Source: an uncultured Gammaproteobacteria bacterium | Lineage (GTDB): Bacteria; Patescibacteriota; Microgenomatia; Levybacterales; UBA12049 | DNA length: 52,487 nucleotides | Assembly: GCA_964507055.1 (NCBI GenBank) | Contig: CAZDOJ010000002.1 | Coordinates: 66,716 to 119,202, forward strand | Reading direction: 5' to 3' | Part shown: piece after piece, positions 44,891-52,487 of the stretch | Numbering within the stretch: the first letter of the stretch is position 1 | Layout: every line of letters begins with the position of its first letter | Notes under the pieces: model-generated | The model's database searches: none | Told to the model about the DNA's origin: nothing | Seen by the model: the letters and a program-made list of their open reading frames with translations, nothing else | Position numbers and translations under genes: made by a program

Positions 44891-45493
44891 TTATTTTAAG
44901 ATGTTCTCGTTCGTGAATTTAAATAATGGTTGATTTGTATCTATCTCGTATTTGCAACTTGGTACGTCTTCTTTTGTCCCTTTATCAGTGTAAAAAAGAT
45001 ACAAAATTTCTTGCCCGTCGCTAGCTGTTGGGCATGTTCCTGTAAATGGTTTTGATTTCAGTGCTGTAAAGTCTGTAGTTGCAATTAATCTCTTGAACTC
45101 ATTTACCTGTTCTTTCGTTATTTTTTTACTTTCTTTATCATCAATTTTGATCACACCATCTTCATAAACATTTATAGAAGTGGAACATACTTTTCCAGTT
45201 TGGCACAATCCTCCTTGTTGTGTGATGGAAGCGAGGATTGGGACATATTGATCGACTGGTGCAGTTGGCTTTGGTGTTGGTGTAAGAAGCGAAATTTGAG
45301 GATCGCCTTGTTGCAACATCGTTACAGCAAGAAATTCTATGACAATGACTGCAATAATACCGATACCAAATCCTTTCCAGTTAAGTTTTCGTTTTTGCGT
45401 GGGAGGTGGGGTTTGTGATGAATTATTTGCAGAAGAAGATGGAGTTTCTTCGTTAAGATTTGGTGTACCTAGAGGTTTATCATTATTCTCCAT
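44891..45493 (-). CDS. Hypothetical membrane-anchored extracytoplasmic protein
   Basis: Start at MENNDKPLG (45493), 2 nt after the upstream stop. One TM helix (GIGIIAVIVIEFLAVTML), then a Cys-containing soluble domain. Confidence 0.55.
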   Translation of the reverse strand: MENNDKPLGTPNLNEETPSSSANNSSQTPPPTQKRKLNWKGFGIGIIAVIVIEFLAVTMLQQGDPQISLLTPTPKPTAPVDQYVPILASITQQGGLCQTGKVCSTSINVYEDGVIKIDDKESKKITKEQVNEFKRLIATTDFTALKSKPFTGTCPTASDGQEILYLFYTDKGTKEDVPSCKYEIDTNQPLFKFTNENILK

Positions 45494-45495
45494 AG

Positions 45496-45930
45496 CTATT
45501 GTCCAGGACATTTAAATTCGCATTGTGGTCCTGATCTCCCAACCCAAGATCCATCAGGGCATTGCATAGCTTCTTGTGTGCAAAGCGTCACTGCTTCCGT
45601 TGGTGAGACAGCTGGTGCCTGGGTAGAAATTGGCATTGTTGGGATCGCTGTTGATTTTGTCGGTGCAACCTTTGTTGGTTCAATTGATACTGGTGTTTCA
45701 GTTACTTCTGGCTCCACACTTTCCTCAATTGTTGGTTGCGGCATGATATCCGTTTCTTTATTTAATGCTTCGATTTCTCTATGAAGGAAAAAAATCCCAG
45801 CACCAACTAATATAAGAATGAGGCCAGTCATGAGCCATACCTTGAAAGGATTCTGTGATTTTGTCGGTTGCTTGCCAATCTTTTGATAATGTGTCAGTGG
45901 AAGCAGTGGGTCACGTACAGCTTTTGCCAT
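45496..45930 (-). CDS. Hypothetical membrane-anchored protein with a Cys-rich C-terminal knot
   Basis: TM helix (WLMTGLILILVGAGIFFL), a Pro/Thr/Glu linker and the C-terminus CTQEAMQCPDGSWVGRSGPQCEFKCPGQ. Confidence 0.5.
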   Translation of the reverse strand: MAKAVRDPLLPLTHYQKIGKQPTKSQNPFKVWLMTGLILILVGAGIFFLHREIEALNKETDIMPQPTIEESVEPEVTETPVSIEPTKVAPTKSTAIPTMPISTQAPAVSPTEAVTLCTQEAMQCPDGSWVGRSGPQCEFKCPGQ

Positions 45931-45956
45931 ATATTTAGTATTTCAAATGCTACGTG

Positions 45957-46919
45957 CTAAGTCAATAAAATTGCTTTTATTTTAGCTTTAATTCGCGATT
46001 TGAGTGTTATCGCGATACCTATAAATACGAGTGTTGCTCCCAAAATAAATCCACCAGTTAATTGTTCGCCAAGGAGCCATAATGCCCACAAGAATGTTGC
46101 TATTGGTTGCAGATACAGCGTCATTGAAGCAAATGTCGGAGAGCTATGTTTTATTGCATATTGATAAAGCAAATACCAGACATTTGTTCCGAGAACAGCG
46201 ACAAAGAGCAATCCATAGATTGATGATGCTGAAACATTATTCCACCAATTAGGGTGAAGCTGTATCTCAGGGATTGCCATAAAGAATGAAACAAGTGTTG
46301 TGAGGAAAATGAATAAGGCAGTTAATTGTAATGGTGAATATCTTCTTTGAAATGGCTTGGAGAGAACTGTATATACTGAAACACTTGCCGCGGAAATAAA
46401 GACCAAAATATTTCCCATAATATCTCCACTAAATGGTGCATTATTGGTGATCACGGGCAGTAAGATAATAAGTATCGATCCTATAAATCCAACAATCAGT
46501 CCTGTCCATTTATCAAAATTAAATCGTTCAGCAAGAAAAAGATATGAAAGCAATGCCACAATAAGAGGTGAGACGACAAAGAGCATACTCGCAATTGATG
46601 CTGTCGTTAAAGCAAGTCCGATTGGAAAAATCACTGAATTTATACATAAGAACAATGAAAAAAGAATGACCTTATATGATTTTTTGGTTAATCGGGGCTT
46701 TGTCGCAATAAAGAAGGGGAGTATACACAATGAAGCGATGAGAAATCGGATAAACGTAAACGAAAGAGGTGGAATTTCTTCCATTGCCATTTTTGATAGC
46801 ACCGGACATGCTCCACCAATGATTGTGATAAGAAGTAATATCGCTGCTGCTTTTCTTCGAGGACTGGATAATTTTAACAAAACATTCTCAATTCTACACC
46901 TGAAAATTGATGAGGACAA
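45957..46919 (-). CDS. EamA/DMT-superfamily transporter
   Basis: About 10 TM helices arranged as two EamA-like halves (PVLSKMAMEEIPPLSFTFIRFLIASL...). Confidence 0.75.
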   Translation of the reverse strand: MSSSIFRCRIENVLLKLSSPRRKAAAILLLITIIGGACPVLSKMAMEEIPPLSFTFIRFLIASLCILPFFIATKPRLTKKSYKVILFSLFLCINSVIFPIGLALTTASIASMLFVVSPLIVALLSYLFLAERFNFDKWTGLIVGFIGSILIILLPVITNNAPFSGDIMGNILVFISAASVSVYTVLSKPFQRRYSPLQLTALFIFLTTLVSFFMAIPEIQLHPNWWNNVSASSIYGLLFVAVLGTNVWYLLYQYAIKHSSPTFASMTLYLQPIATFLWALWLLGEQLTGGFILGATLVFIGIAITLKSRIKAKIKAILLT

Positions 46920-46941
46920 CCGCTATCTTGTGGAGAAAAGC

Positions 46942-47385
46942 TTATAAAGATAATTCTTGTTTTGGACTATCAGGGAAACTTACCGTATCGATAATTGTCA
47001 TATGTTTTGGTTTCAACAGATAGTAGGCAGGATTATTCTTATTAACAGCAAGTGCTGCTGCCAAACGCTCTTTACTAATGCCAAATCTCTTGCCATATAC
47101 TTCATCAGCTTTCATTGTTTCATCACCTTGTAACTCAAATGCTTCCCCTTGGAAGTGTATGCATTGTTTTAAATCGGGGTCAATGAGAATTGCTGCAGAT
47201 GTATTTTTATTATCACGAAGATCTTGTGAATGTTGAGAATTTCTTGATGATACCCAGTACAAATTAAGTTCATTATCAAAAGCAAAGTGTACAGAACAAA
47301 TTCTCGGTGTATTATCTTTTGAGGTTGCAAATTGCATGACTTGCTTTTGAGCAATATAATCTAGTGCGAGTTTCTTCAAATCCAT
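46942..47385 (-). CDS. Pyridoxamine 5'-phosphate oxidase-family (FMN-binding split-barrel) protein
   Basis: From MDLKKLALDYIAQKQVMQFATSKDNTPRICSVHFAFDNELNLYWVSSRNSQHSQDL, the typical PNPOx-like pattern. The ORF-track start at 47466 is probably too far upstream. Confidence 0.6.
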   Translation of the reverse strand: MDLKKLALDYIAQKQVMQFATSKDNTPRICSVHFAFDNELNLYWVSSRNSQHSQDLRDNKNTSAAILIDPDLKQCIHFQGEAFELQGDETMKADEVYGKRFGISKERLAAALAVNKNNPAYYLLKPKHMTIIDTVSFPDSPKQELSL

Positions 47386-47450
47386 ACCGAAATTATATGC
47401 TTCTAGTGTATGGTTTTCAATATGGAATGAAGCTGTAGTATAATACCTGT

Positions 47451-48002
47451 ATGAAATTAGACGCAAAGAAACTTCGGCTAAGTGAATTTGATCCGGAGGT
47501 ATTTAAAAAAATCAAAAGAAATCCGGTCTACATTATTCTTGATGATGTTTGGGATACATACAACATCGGATCTGTTTTCCGTCTTGCAGATGCTGTTGCT
47601 GTTGAGAAAGTATATCTTTGTGCTGGGACAGAAACACCACCAAATCACAGAATTAAAAAAGCATCTATCAATACGACAGAATGGGTGCCATGGGAATATT
47701 GTAAGACTGCAAAGGATGCTATAGTAAAGCTCAGAAAAGAGGTCCCTGGAATTCAAATTATCTCTGTAGAATTAAATGAGAAGAGCGTTCCTTATGATGA
47801 AATTCCGTATACGTTTCCTGTTGCTTTGATCGTAGGACATGAGACAACTGGAGTGACCCAAGAAGCGATGGATGCGTCCGATTATATTGCAGAAATGCCA
47901 ATGTGGGGAATTAACATCAGCATGAATGTCATGGTTTCTTTGGGCATTATGCTCTTCAAAGTAATGGACTACAAGAAGCACGGACCTATTACAAAAAGTT
48001 AA
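47451..48002 (+). CDS. TrmH/SpoU-family RNA 2'-O-methyltransferase
   Basis: PVYIILDDVWDTYNIGSVFRLADAVAVEKVYL ... LIVGHETTGV ... IPMWGINISMNVMVSLGIMLF, the SPOUT knot motifs. Confidence 0.7.
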   Translation: MKLDAKKLRLSEFDPEVFKKIKRNPVYIILDDVWDTYNIGSVFRLADAVAVEKVYLCAGTETPPNHRIKKASINTTEWVPWEYCKTAKDAIVKLRKEVPGIQIISVELNEKSVPYDEIPYTFPVALIVGHETTGVTQEAMDASDYIAEMPMWGINISMNVMVSLGIMLFKVMDYKKHGPITKS

Positions 48003-48025
48003 TTTTCCTCTGCTACAATCTCTTC

Positions 48026-48586
48026 ATGAACAAACAAAAAGCTCTCAATGTCGTCAATGATGAAATCATCAAATGTAAAATTTGTCCTGTAGGGAAAAGT
48101 GGAAAACCTGTAGTTGGGGCTGGCAGTCCTGATGCCTTGATTGCTTTTATTGGTGAGGCACCTGGCAAACAAGAGGCAATCATTGGTGAACCATTTATCG
48201 GAAGGTCAGGGAAACTTTTGAGGGAATTAATTCGAGAAATTGGTTTAGGCGAAAAAGATATTTATATCACTAGTCCAGTGAAGTATTTACCAGATCGAGG
48301 GACCCCGACTTCAGAAGATATTGCACATGGTCGAATGCATCTGATGAAACAATTAGAAATTATTAACCCAAAGTTCGTTGTCCTTCTTGGTCGTGTCGCT
48401 GCAGAAGGGGTTCTCCAAAAGAAAGTTTTTGTCGCAAAAGAACATGGGGAAGTAATTGCTGAACAAGATGGCATCAAATATTTTCTCACAGTACATCCTG
48501 CTGCTGCATTGCGATTTTCAGTAAAATACAAACCTCTTTTGCAAGAAGATTTTAAGAAAATTCAAAAACTCCTCCAGGAAGCCTAA
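48026..48586 (+). CDS. Uracil-DNA glycosylase, family 4
   Basis: FIGEAPGKQEAIIGEPFIGRSGKLL (GEAPG..E...G.PF.G.sG) and the C-terminal HPAAALR motif. Confidence 0.85.
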   Translation: MNKQKALNVVNDEIIKCKICPVGKSGKPVVGAGSPDALIAFIGEAPGKQEAIIGEPFIGRSGKLLRELIREIGLGEKDIYITSPVKYLPDRGTPTSEDIAHGRMHLMKQLEIINPKFVVLLGRVAAEGVLQKKVFVAKEHGEVIAEQDGIKYFLTVHPAAALRFSVKYKPLLQEDFKKIQKLLQEA

Positions 48587-48627
48587 TTTTGCTTGCAATA
48601 GCAATATCGTTGGCATATTATAGAAGT

Positions 48628-49401
48628 ATGCATGCACTGTGGACTGGATCGCTTAGTTTTGGTTTGATAAATATCCCGGTTACTCTTTATTCTGCATCGA
48701 AAGAACGTGCCCTCGATTTCACTATGCTTCATCGAGATGACCTTGGGCCGATCTCCTATAAGAAGGTTTGTAAGAAAAATGGTGAAGAAGTTTCGCATGA
48801 TCAAATTGTAAAAGGGTTTGAATATAAAGAAGGGGAATATATCATCCTTGATGATGAAGACTTTAAGCGAGCTGCGGAAGAACGATCAGACACAATTGAT
48901 ATTGAATCATTCGTCCTTGCGGAAGAAATAGATCCTAAATACTATGAGAAACCTTATTATCTTGAACCTGGTAAAGGTGCTGACAAAGCCTATGTTTTAC
49001 TTCGAGAAGCATTGGCTCAAGAAAAGCGAGTTGCAGTTGCACGAATGGTTTTTCGCCAGAAGGAAGATCTTGTGATTGTCCGAGCAGATGATGAAATCTT
49101 ACTTATCAATCAATTGCGTTTTCAAGATGAAATTCGAGATACAAAAGAATTAAAGATCCCAACCAAAGTAAATCTTTCCCGTAACGAAATAGCGATGGGA
49201 ATTGAATTGATTGAAAAAATGCACGATACATTTAAACCAGAAAAATATCATGATACATATGTTGAAAAATTAGAAAAACTTATTAAAGCAAAAGCTAAAG
49301 GAGAGAAGTTCAAACCGCTTCCAAAGATTACAAAACATGCAGAACCTACAGATCTTATAGCACAACTCCGTGCAAGTCTTGAACGCACCAAAACACACTA
49401 G
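48628..49401 (+). CDS. ku: Ku protein (NHEJ DNA-end-binding)
   Basis: MHALWTGSLSFGLINIPVTLYSA is the signature bacterial Ku N-terminus. Lys-rich C-terminal tail. Confidence 0.9.
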   Translation: MHALWTGSLSFGLINIPVTLYSASKERALDFTMLHRDDLGPISYKKVCKKNGEEVSHDQIVKGFEYKEGEYIILDDEDFKRAAEERSDTIDIESFVLAEEIDPKYYEKPYYLEPGKGADKAYVLLREALAQEKRVAVARMVFRQKEDLVIVRADDEILLINQLRFQDEIRDTKELKIPTKVNLSRNEIAMGIELIEKMHDTFKPEKYHDTYVEKLEKLIKAKAKGEKFKPLPKITKHAEPTDLIAQLRASLERTKTH

Positions 49402-49409
49402 CAAGTTTC

Positions 49410-51755
49410 ATGACCCTCTCAAAATACCATCAGAAGCGAAGTTTCGCTAAAACGCCTGAGCCGAAAGGTTCATCAAAACCTGCAAAGAAAAAAGTGCTTC
49501 GGTTTGTTGTGCAGGAACATCATGCTTCTCGTTTGCACTATGATTTCCGTCTCGAAATGGAAGGAGTTCTGAAAAGTTGGGCTGTTCCAAAAGGTCCATC
49601 AATGGATCCCCAAGACAAACCTTTGGCAGTACAAGTGGAAGATCATCCCTATGAATATCGCAAATTTCATGGGGTTATTCCTAAAGGGAATTATGGTGCG
49701 GGGACTGTGGAGATATGGGATGAAGGAACATATTCTTCTTTACAAAACGGGAAAAATCAGGAAGAGATTTTACTTGAGGGATTAAAGAAAGGGGATTTGA
49801 AGTTTCGTTTGTACGGTAAAAAATTGCATGGAGCATTTGCATTAGTCCAAATTAAAAAAGATCCAAAGAATTGGTTACTTATAAAAAAGGATGATGCCAA
49901 AGAAGAAAAAAAAGAAGTTATTGCTGCTGAGAAATCTCCAATGCTACATGATATTGCACCAATGCTTGCGACCATTGGTGCTACTGCATTTAATGATCCG
50001 GAATGGATTTATGAATTGAAATGGGATGGATATAGAGCAATTGCTGAAGTGGAAAAAAAACATGTGAAATTGTATTCACGTAATCAGCAAGATTTTACAA
50101 ATCGATATAAATCTATTGTCCATGAATTAGAGAAGCTTCCCTTAAGTGCTGTGTTAGATGGGGAAGTGGTTGCAGTTGATAAAGATGGTAAACCACAATT
50201 TCAGTTACTACAAGGATATACTGAGAATACACGGTTGATTTATTATGTTTTTGATTTACTTTATTTAGACGGATATGATACACGCAAATTATCATTGATT
50301 GAACGAAAGACTTTATTAAAAGATTTTCTCCCAGTAAGTGAGCATATAAAGTTTAGTGAACACATCGATACCTATGGAACAGAACTTTATGCGGTTGCAA
50401 AAAAAAGAGGAATTGAAGGGATTATGGCGAAGAAGAAAGCAGGTACATATACATCCTCTCGAAATGGTGATTGGCAAAAAATCAAACACATAAATATGCA
50501 AGAAGCAGTTATCTGTGGATATACTGAGCCAAGTGGTTTACGAAAAGAATTTGGTGCGTTGATCCTGGGCGTTTATTCTCATGGAGAATTACAATATGTT
50601 GGACACACTGGATCTGGATTTGATTCGAAGAAATTAGAATCGATTATTGCCAAACTGAAACCATTAGTACGTACCACTTCTCCCTTTTCACGAACTCCCA
50701 AAACAAATACTCCCGCGACTTGGGTGACACCCAAATATGTATGCCAGGTAAAGTTTACAGAATGGACAACTGATGGTATGATGCGTCATCCAATCTTTCT
50801 TGGACTGCGTGAGGATAAAAAGGCAGAAAATGTGGTCAGGGAAATGCCAGAGAAGACCAATGTTGATACTAAAGTGGCGTTGAGTAATTTGACGAAAGTT
50901 TATTGGCCAGAAGAAGGATATACCAAAGGAGATTTGATCCAATACTATGATCGAATTGCTGATTATATACTGCCGTATCTCAAGGATCGTCCGCAGTCTC
51001 TGAATCGTCACCCTGAAGGCATTCATGGAGAAAGCTTCTATCATAAAGATCTGCATAATCTTCCAGATTGGCTTAAAACCGTTCCAATTTATTCTGACTC
51101 AAATGAAAAATATCTCAATTGGCTTATATGTAATGATCGAGAAACACTTCTTTATATGGCAAATCTCGGTTGTATCGAAATAAACCCGTGGAGTTCTCGT
51201 CATCAAAATAAAGACCACCCTGATTATCTTATTATTGATCTGGATCCCAATGGTGTCGAGTTTACCGAAGTAATAAAGGTTGCAAAGCAAGTGAAGGAAA
51301 TTATGGATGCAGCCGAAATTGAAGGGTTTCTTAAAACATCTGGCAAAACAGGTTTACATATTTTAATCCCACTTGGTGCGAAGTATACTTTTGAACAAAC
51401 ACGGCAATTTGCGGAGCTTCTTGCGAGAAAAGTTTCCTCAGATTTACCTAAAACAACAAGTGTCGTTCGCGATCCTAAGAAACGTGAGAAGAAGATTTAT
51501 ATCGATTTTCTCCAGAATAGACAAGGCCAGACATTAGCTGCACCATATTCGTTGCGTCCAGTCAGATTTGCATGCGTTTCTACCCCTTTACACTGGGAAG
51601 AATTAACAATAGATTTGCGTCCTACGGACTTTACGATGAAGAACATTTTTAGAAAATTAGGTAAGGTTGGCGACATTTGGGAGCCATTGTGTAAACATAA
51701 AGGCATCGATATGCTCAAAAGCCTTGATATATTAACAAAATTGCCTACCTCATAG
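49410..51755 (+). CDS. ligD: Multidomain ATP-dependent DNA ligase LigD (phosphoesterase - ligase - polymerase/primase)
   Basis: PE domain FVVQEHHASRLHYDFRLE, ligase motif I ELKWDGYRA (adenylated Lys) and a C-terminal primase-polymerase domain (LYMANLGCIEINPW ... KTSGKTGLHILIPL). Confidence 0.9.
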   Translation: MTLSKYHQKRSFAKTPEPKGSSKPAKKKVLRFVVQEHHASRLHYDFRLEMEGVLKSWAVPKGPSMDPQDKPLAVQVEDHPYEYRKFHGVIPKGNYGAGTVEIWDEGTYSSLQNGKNQEEILLEGLKKGDLKFRLYGKKLHGAFALVQIKKDPKNWLLIKKDDAKEEKKEVIAAEKSPMLHDIAPMLATIGATAFNDPEWIYELKWDGYRAIAEVEKKHVKLYSRNQQDFTNRYKSIVHELEKLPLSAVLDGEVVAVDKDGKPQFQLLQGYTENTRLIYYVFDLLYLDGYDTRKLSLIERKTLLKDFLPVSEHIKFSEHIDTYGTELYAVAKKRGIEGIMAKKKAGTYTSSRNGDWQKIKHINMQEAVICGYTEPSGLRKEFGALILGVYSHGELQYVGHTGSGFDSKKLESIIAKLKPLVRTTSPFSRTPKTNTPATWVTPKYVCQVKFTEWTTDGMMRHPIFLGLREDKKAENVVREMPEKTNVDTKVALSNLTKVYWPEEGYTKGDLIQYYDRIADYILPYLKDRPQSLNRHPEGIHGESFYHKDLHNLPDWLKTVPIYSDSNEKYLNWLICNDRETLLYMANLGCIEINPWSSRHQNKDHPDYLIIDLDPNGVEFTEVIKVAKQVKEIMDAAEIEGFLKTSGKTGLHILIPLGAKYTFEQTRQFAELLARKVSSDLPKTTSVVRDPKKREKKIYIDFLQNRQGQTLAAPYSLRPVRFACVSTPLHWEELTIDLRPTDFTMKNIFRKLGKVGDIWEPLCKHKGIDMLKSLDILTKLPTS

Positions 51756-51778
51756 TTGTTGCACAACAATAATCAAAG

Positions 51779-51806
51779 CTTGACACAAGGCTAAAATCGG
51801 TTATAA
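51779..51806 (+). promoter_or_regulatory. Consensus sigma70 promoter of the rRNA operon
   Basis: TTGACA (51779-51784), 16-nt spacer, TATAAT (51801-51806), about 310 nt upstream of the 16S. Confidence 0.75.
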
Positions 51807-51831
51807 TGATTAGACAGTATGTGAAGTTCAG

Positions 51832-51874
51832 CCCGAAATATACGAGGATACCTCGCTTTCGGCGGGGTTTTTTT
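51832..51874 (+). promoter_or_regulatory. Two-tier hairpin followed by a G4T7 tract in the rRNA leader (boxB-like or terminator-like)
   Basis: CCGAAA/TTTCGG (51832-37 / 51857-62) enclosing CGAGG-ata-CCTCG (51843-55), then CGGGGTTTTTTT. Confidence 0.45.
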
Positions 51875-51902
51875 GTCTTTAGGACCAAAAATGCAACATA
51901 CA

Positions 51903-51914
51903 GATCTTTAACAA
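51903..51914 (+). promoter_or_regulatory. boxA-like antitermination element
   Basis: GATCTTTAACAA compared with the bacterial rrn boxA consensus GCTCTTTAACAA (11/12 by eye). Confidence 0.5.
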
Positions 51915-52114
51915 CTCAAATTCACAACGAAACATATACGCAATCCCATCCACTGGGACTTTGTTTCGTTCATCAAGCACTATATCAGTAAGGTGATGGT
52001 GCTTGATAATCAAGATGTGGTAGGAATTTTTTTCAGGTTATTCCATAAAAAGAAACCTGAATCCGGATGAAGTAACATTTATTTTGCAGCAATGCAAACA
52101 GAGATCAACTTCAT

Positions 52115-52487
<373 letters not shown>

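Noticed and set aside
51806-51991. 61-aa ORF in the region between the rRNA promoter and the 16S
   Set aside because: It starts inside the -10 box of the rrn promoter and spans the leader hairpin and the boxA-like element. It has no ribosome-binding site, so this is almost certainly a non-coding rRNA leader.

Overview
This is a low-GC chromosomal segment. Spot counts on single 60-nt lines give about 38-40% GC in core genes. Gene content and the partial 16S at the right edge fit a Candidate Phyla Radiation / Patescibacteria bacterium, possibly Microgenomates-like. That placement is inference, because no database search was possible. It uses the standard genetic code: long ORFs are intact and TGA, TAA and TAG all act as stops.

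Core content, left to right:
- a secreted S8 protease (truncated by the window edge)
- a flippase-acetyltransferase fusion and a MarR regulator
- an L,D-transpeptidase, an AlkD-like repair protein, a GDPD and a TolB-like propeller
- a tRNA/rpmG cluster, an M50 protease and rpmB
- def-fmt and an O-antigen-ligase/TPR protein
- mreB-mreC-mreD-PBP2, dprA and topA
- an EamA transporter, a TrmH methylase and a UDG-Ku-LigD cluster
- the start of an rRNA operon (consensus promoter, boxA-like leader, first ~370 nt of 16S)

The accessory part is a ~10.5 kb integrative element at about 13091-23642. An intact large serine recombinase lies at its right end, and the recombinase stop codon falls inside tRNA-Trp. 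The 3' remnant of a second, diverged recombinase lies at its left end. Both junctions carry a 10/12-identical 12-bp repeat that falls on the shared C-terminal YAQN codons.

The element carries an uncharacterised four-gene operon: a ComEC-type MBL-fold hydrolase, a 4-TM protein, an EGNHR-motif protein and a 520-aa orphan. An XRE repressor / ImmA-IrrE metalloprotease pair is transcribed divergently from it, through face-to-face consensus promoters. I consider this the best candidate for a previously undescribed defence or abortive-infection system.

Other points worth a second look:
- a structured leader RNA with a terminator upstream of an ATP-grasp-like gene
- interlocked inverted repeats in the element's regulatory region
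- several genes shorter than 60 aa that the ORF track misses (rpmG and two element ORFs)
- lineage-specific insertions and fusions

All functional calls rest on motif recognition by eye. No homology search or structure prediction was run.
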